A stretch of DNA of 62,001 nt, filler included, from Sphacelaria rigidula (taxonomy: Eukaryota), in assembly GCA_964200075.2 (NCBI GenBank). It is 7 parts of 7 records of this genome, joined end to end, with 100 filler letters (N's around TTAATTAATTAA, not from the genome) between each part and the next. Parts side by side here need not be neighbours in the genome. Positions count along the whole stretch, not along the records: positions 53,231 to 62,001 come from CAXNAA020010146.1; 6 more parts are not named here. One strand, given 5' to 3'. Numbering within the stretch: the first letter of the stretch is position 1; the number at the start of each line of letters is the position of its first letter. Positions 61,138 through 62,001 of the stretch are shown here, one piece after another. The notes beneath the pieces are model-generated. The model was not told where the DNA came from. It was given only the letters and a program-made list of their open reading frames with translations, and searched no databases. Made by a program: the position numbers and the translations under genes.

Positions 61138-61333
61138 TTTTCAGGGCACTTGTCGTTACACGTCACAAAATCAGGTTAGTACTACGATGGGGGAGTATGT
61201 GGGGAGACTTCATTTGAATTAGCTTTGAACAGGGATCGTCACGTGGTCCCCCACCATAGTACTAGCCTGGACCGACGCTCAACTCTTGACGTGTAATGAG
61301 TTTTGTGACGTGTAATGATCGGTACCCTGAAAA
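61138..61333. mobile_element. MITE-like element with 33-bp imperfect inverted repeats
   Basis: TTTTCAGGGCAC...TTACACGTCACAAAA / TTTTGTGACGTGTAA...GTACCCTGAAAA. Confidence 0.6.
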
Positions 61334-61482
61334 AATTCACTTGAAAATGACTGAAAATCATGATGGCGATTGGAAAATGGATCCTGCGTGCATACAAAGG
61401 TTCTCACCCCTGTAGTGGGGATCAGGTCCCAAAAGGGTTAATAACGGTTATGTTTTTTCTCAACATCTCCCAACGTTCCTAA

Positions 61483-61587
61483 CCCTTAGACCGCAACTAG
61501 TTGCGGGTAGTCCATCTGGATCACGCATACGTTTTCGAGTGAAATTGATGCCAATTCAGCGGGTGACATATCCTCGCGGTCAAAGGG
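61483..61587 (+). mobile_element. ~100-bp micro-MITE
   Basis: CCCTTAGACCGC...GCGGTCAAAGGG, flanked by CTAA and TTCA. Confidence 0.7.
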
Positions 61588-62001
61588 TTCACCCTTTGAG
61601 GAACGGACTCCCACAAATACGTGGTTTGCGCGCAGGGACCTTTTTGTGTGAATCAGCATCATGTTCACTTGAGAACGACTGAAGATGGTGCCAATTTACA
61701 AAATGGGCACTACGGTGCAAAACACGTGTTTCTGGGACTCCGGTCCTCAAAGTGTCAAGGTGCAAAAAAGGCGGCTATCTATTTCTCCCGCCAGATGCGG
61801 ATGGCTGTCTTCTACAAAAGATCTGATATCCGCCGTTACAACTGTGCAAGGATCGGACGAATTGTCGCCGGTTCGTATCACCAAATCTAAAATTTTTAAT
61901 TTTCAGGGTACTCCTCGGTAATTTACCGTGAACAGGCGGTATTTTTTTTTAATCGACATACTGGCCGCAAGAAAAAAAATGACCAAAAACAAATGTGATG
62001 G

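Overview
This is not prokaryotic DNA and not one locus. It is seven unrelated contigs of about 8.77 kb each, joined by six artificial 100-bp spacers (N44-TTAATTAATTAA-N44). The DNA is repeat-rich, intron-rich eukaryotic nuclear sequence, probably from a brown alga or other stramenopile; that is inferred from long introns, short GT-AG exons and the style of the LINE/SINE/Gypsy families. Most ORFs in the supplied track are spurious. Reading splice sites by hand gives two phase-consistent partial host genes on the minus strand. One is a Translin/TRAX (C3PO)-family gene (exons 17492-17424, 11920-11800, 9901-9812), of which the ORF track shows only the last exon in frame. The other is a tandem-SAP-domain gene (exons 58563-58504, 57642-57517, 53615-53526). 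Mobile DNA dominates. There are two decayed chromodomain-bearing Ty3/Gypsy elements: one has a clean 3' LTR and lies inside the Translin intron, and the other is split by a 1.59-kb CACTA-like TIR element whose removal restores the integrase motif. There is also a decayed LINE RT, tRNA-derived SINEs, many MITE/foldback hairpins, a probable Ulp1-protease relic and a protein-kinase fragment. I found no CRISPR array, rRNA or functional tRNA, and nothing I can honestly call a proven new biological system. All family assignments come from motif recognition by eye, not from database searches.
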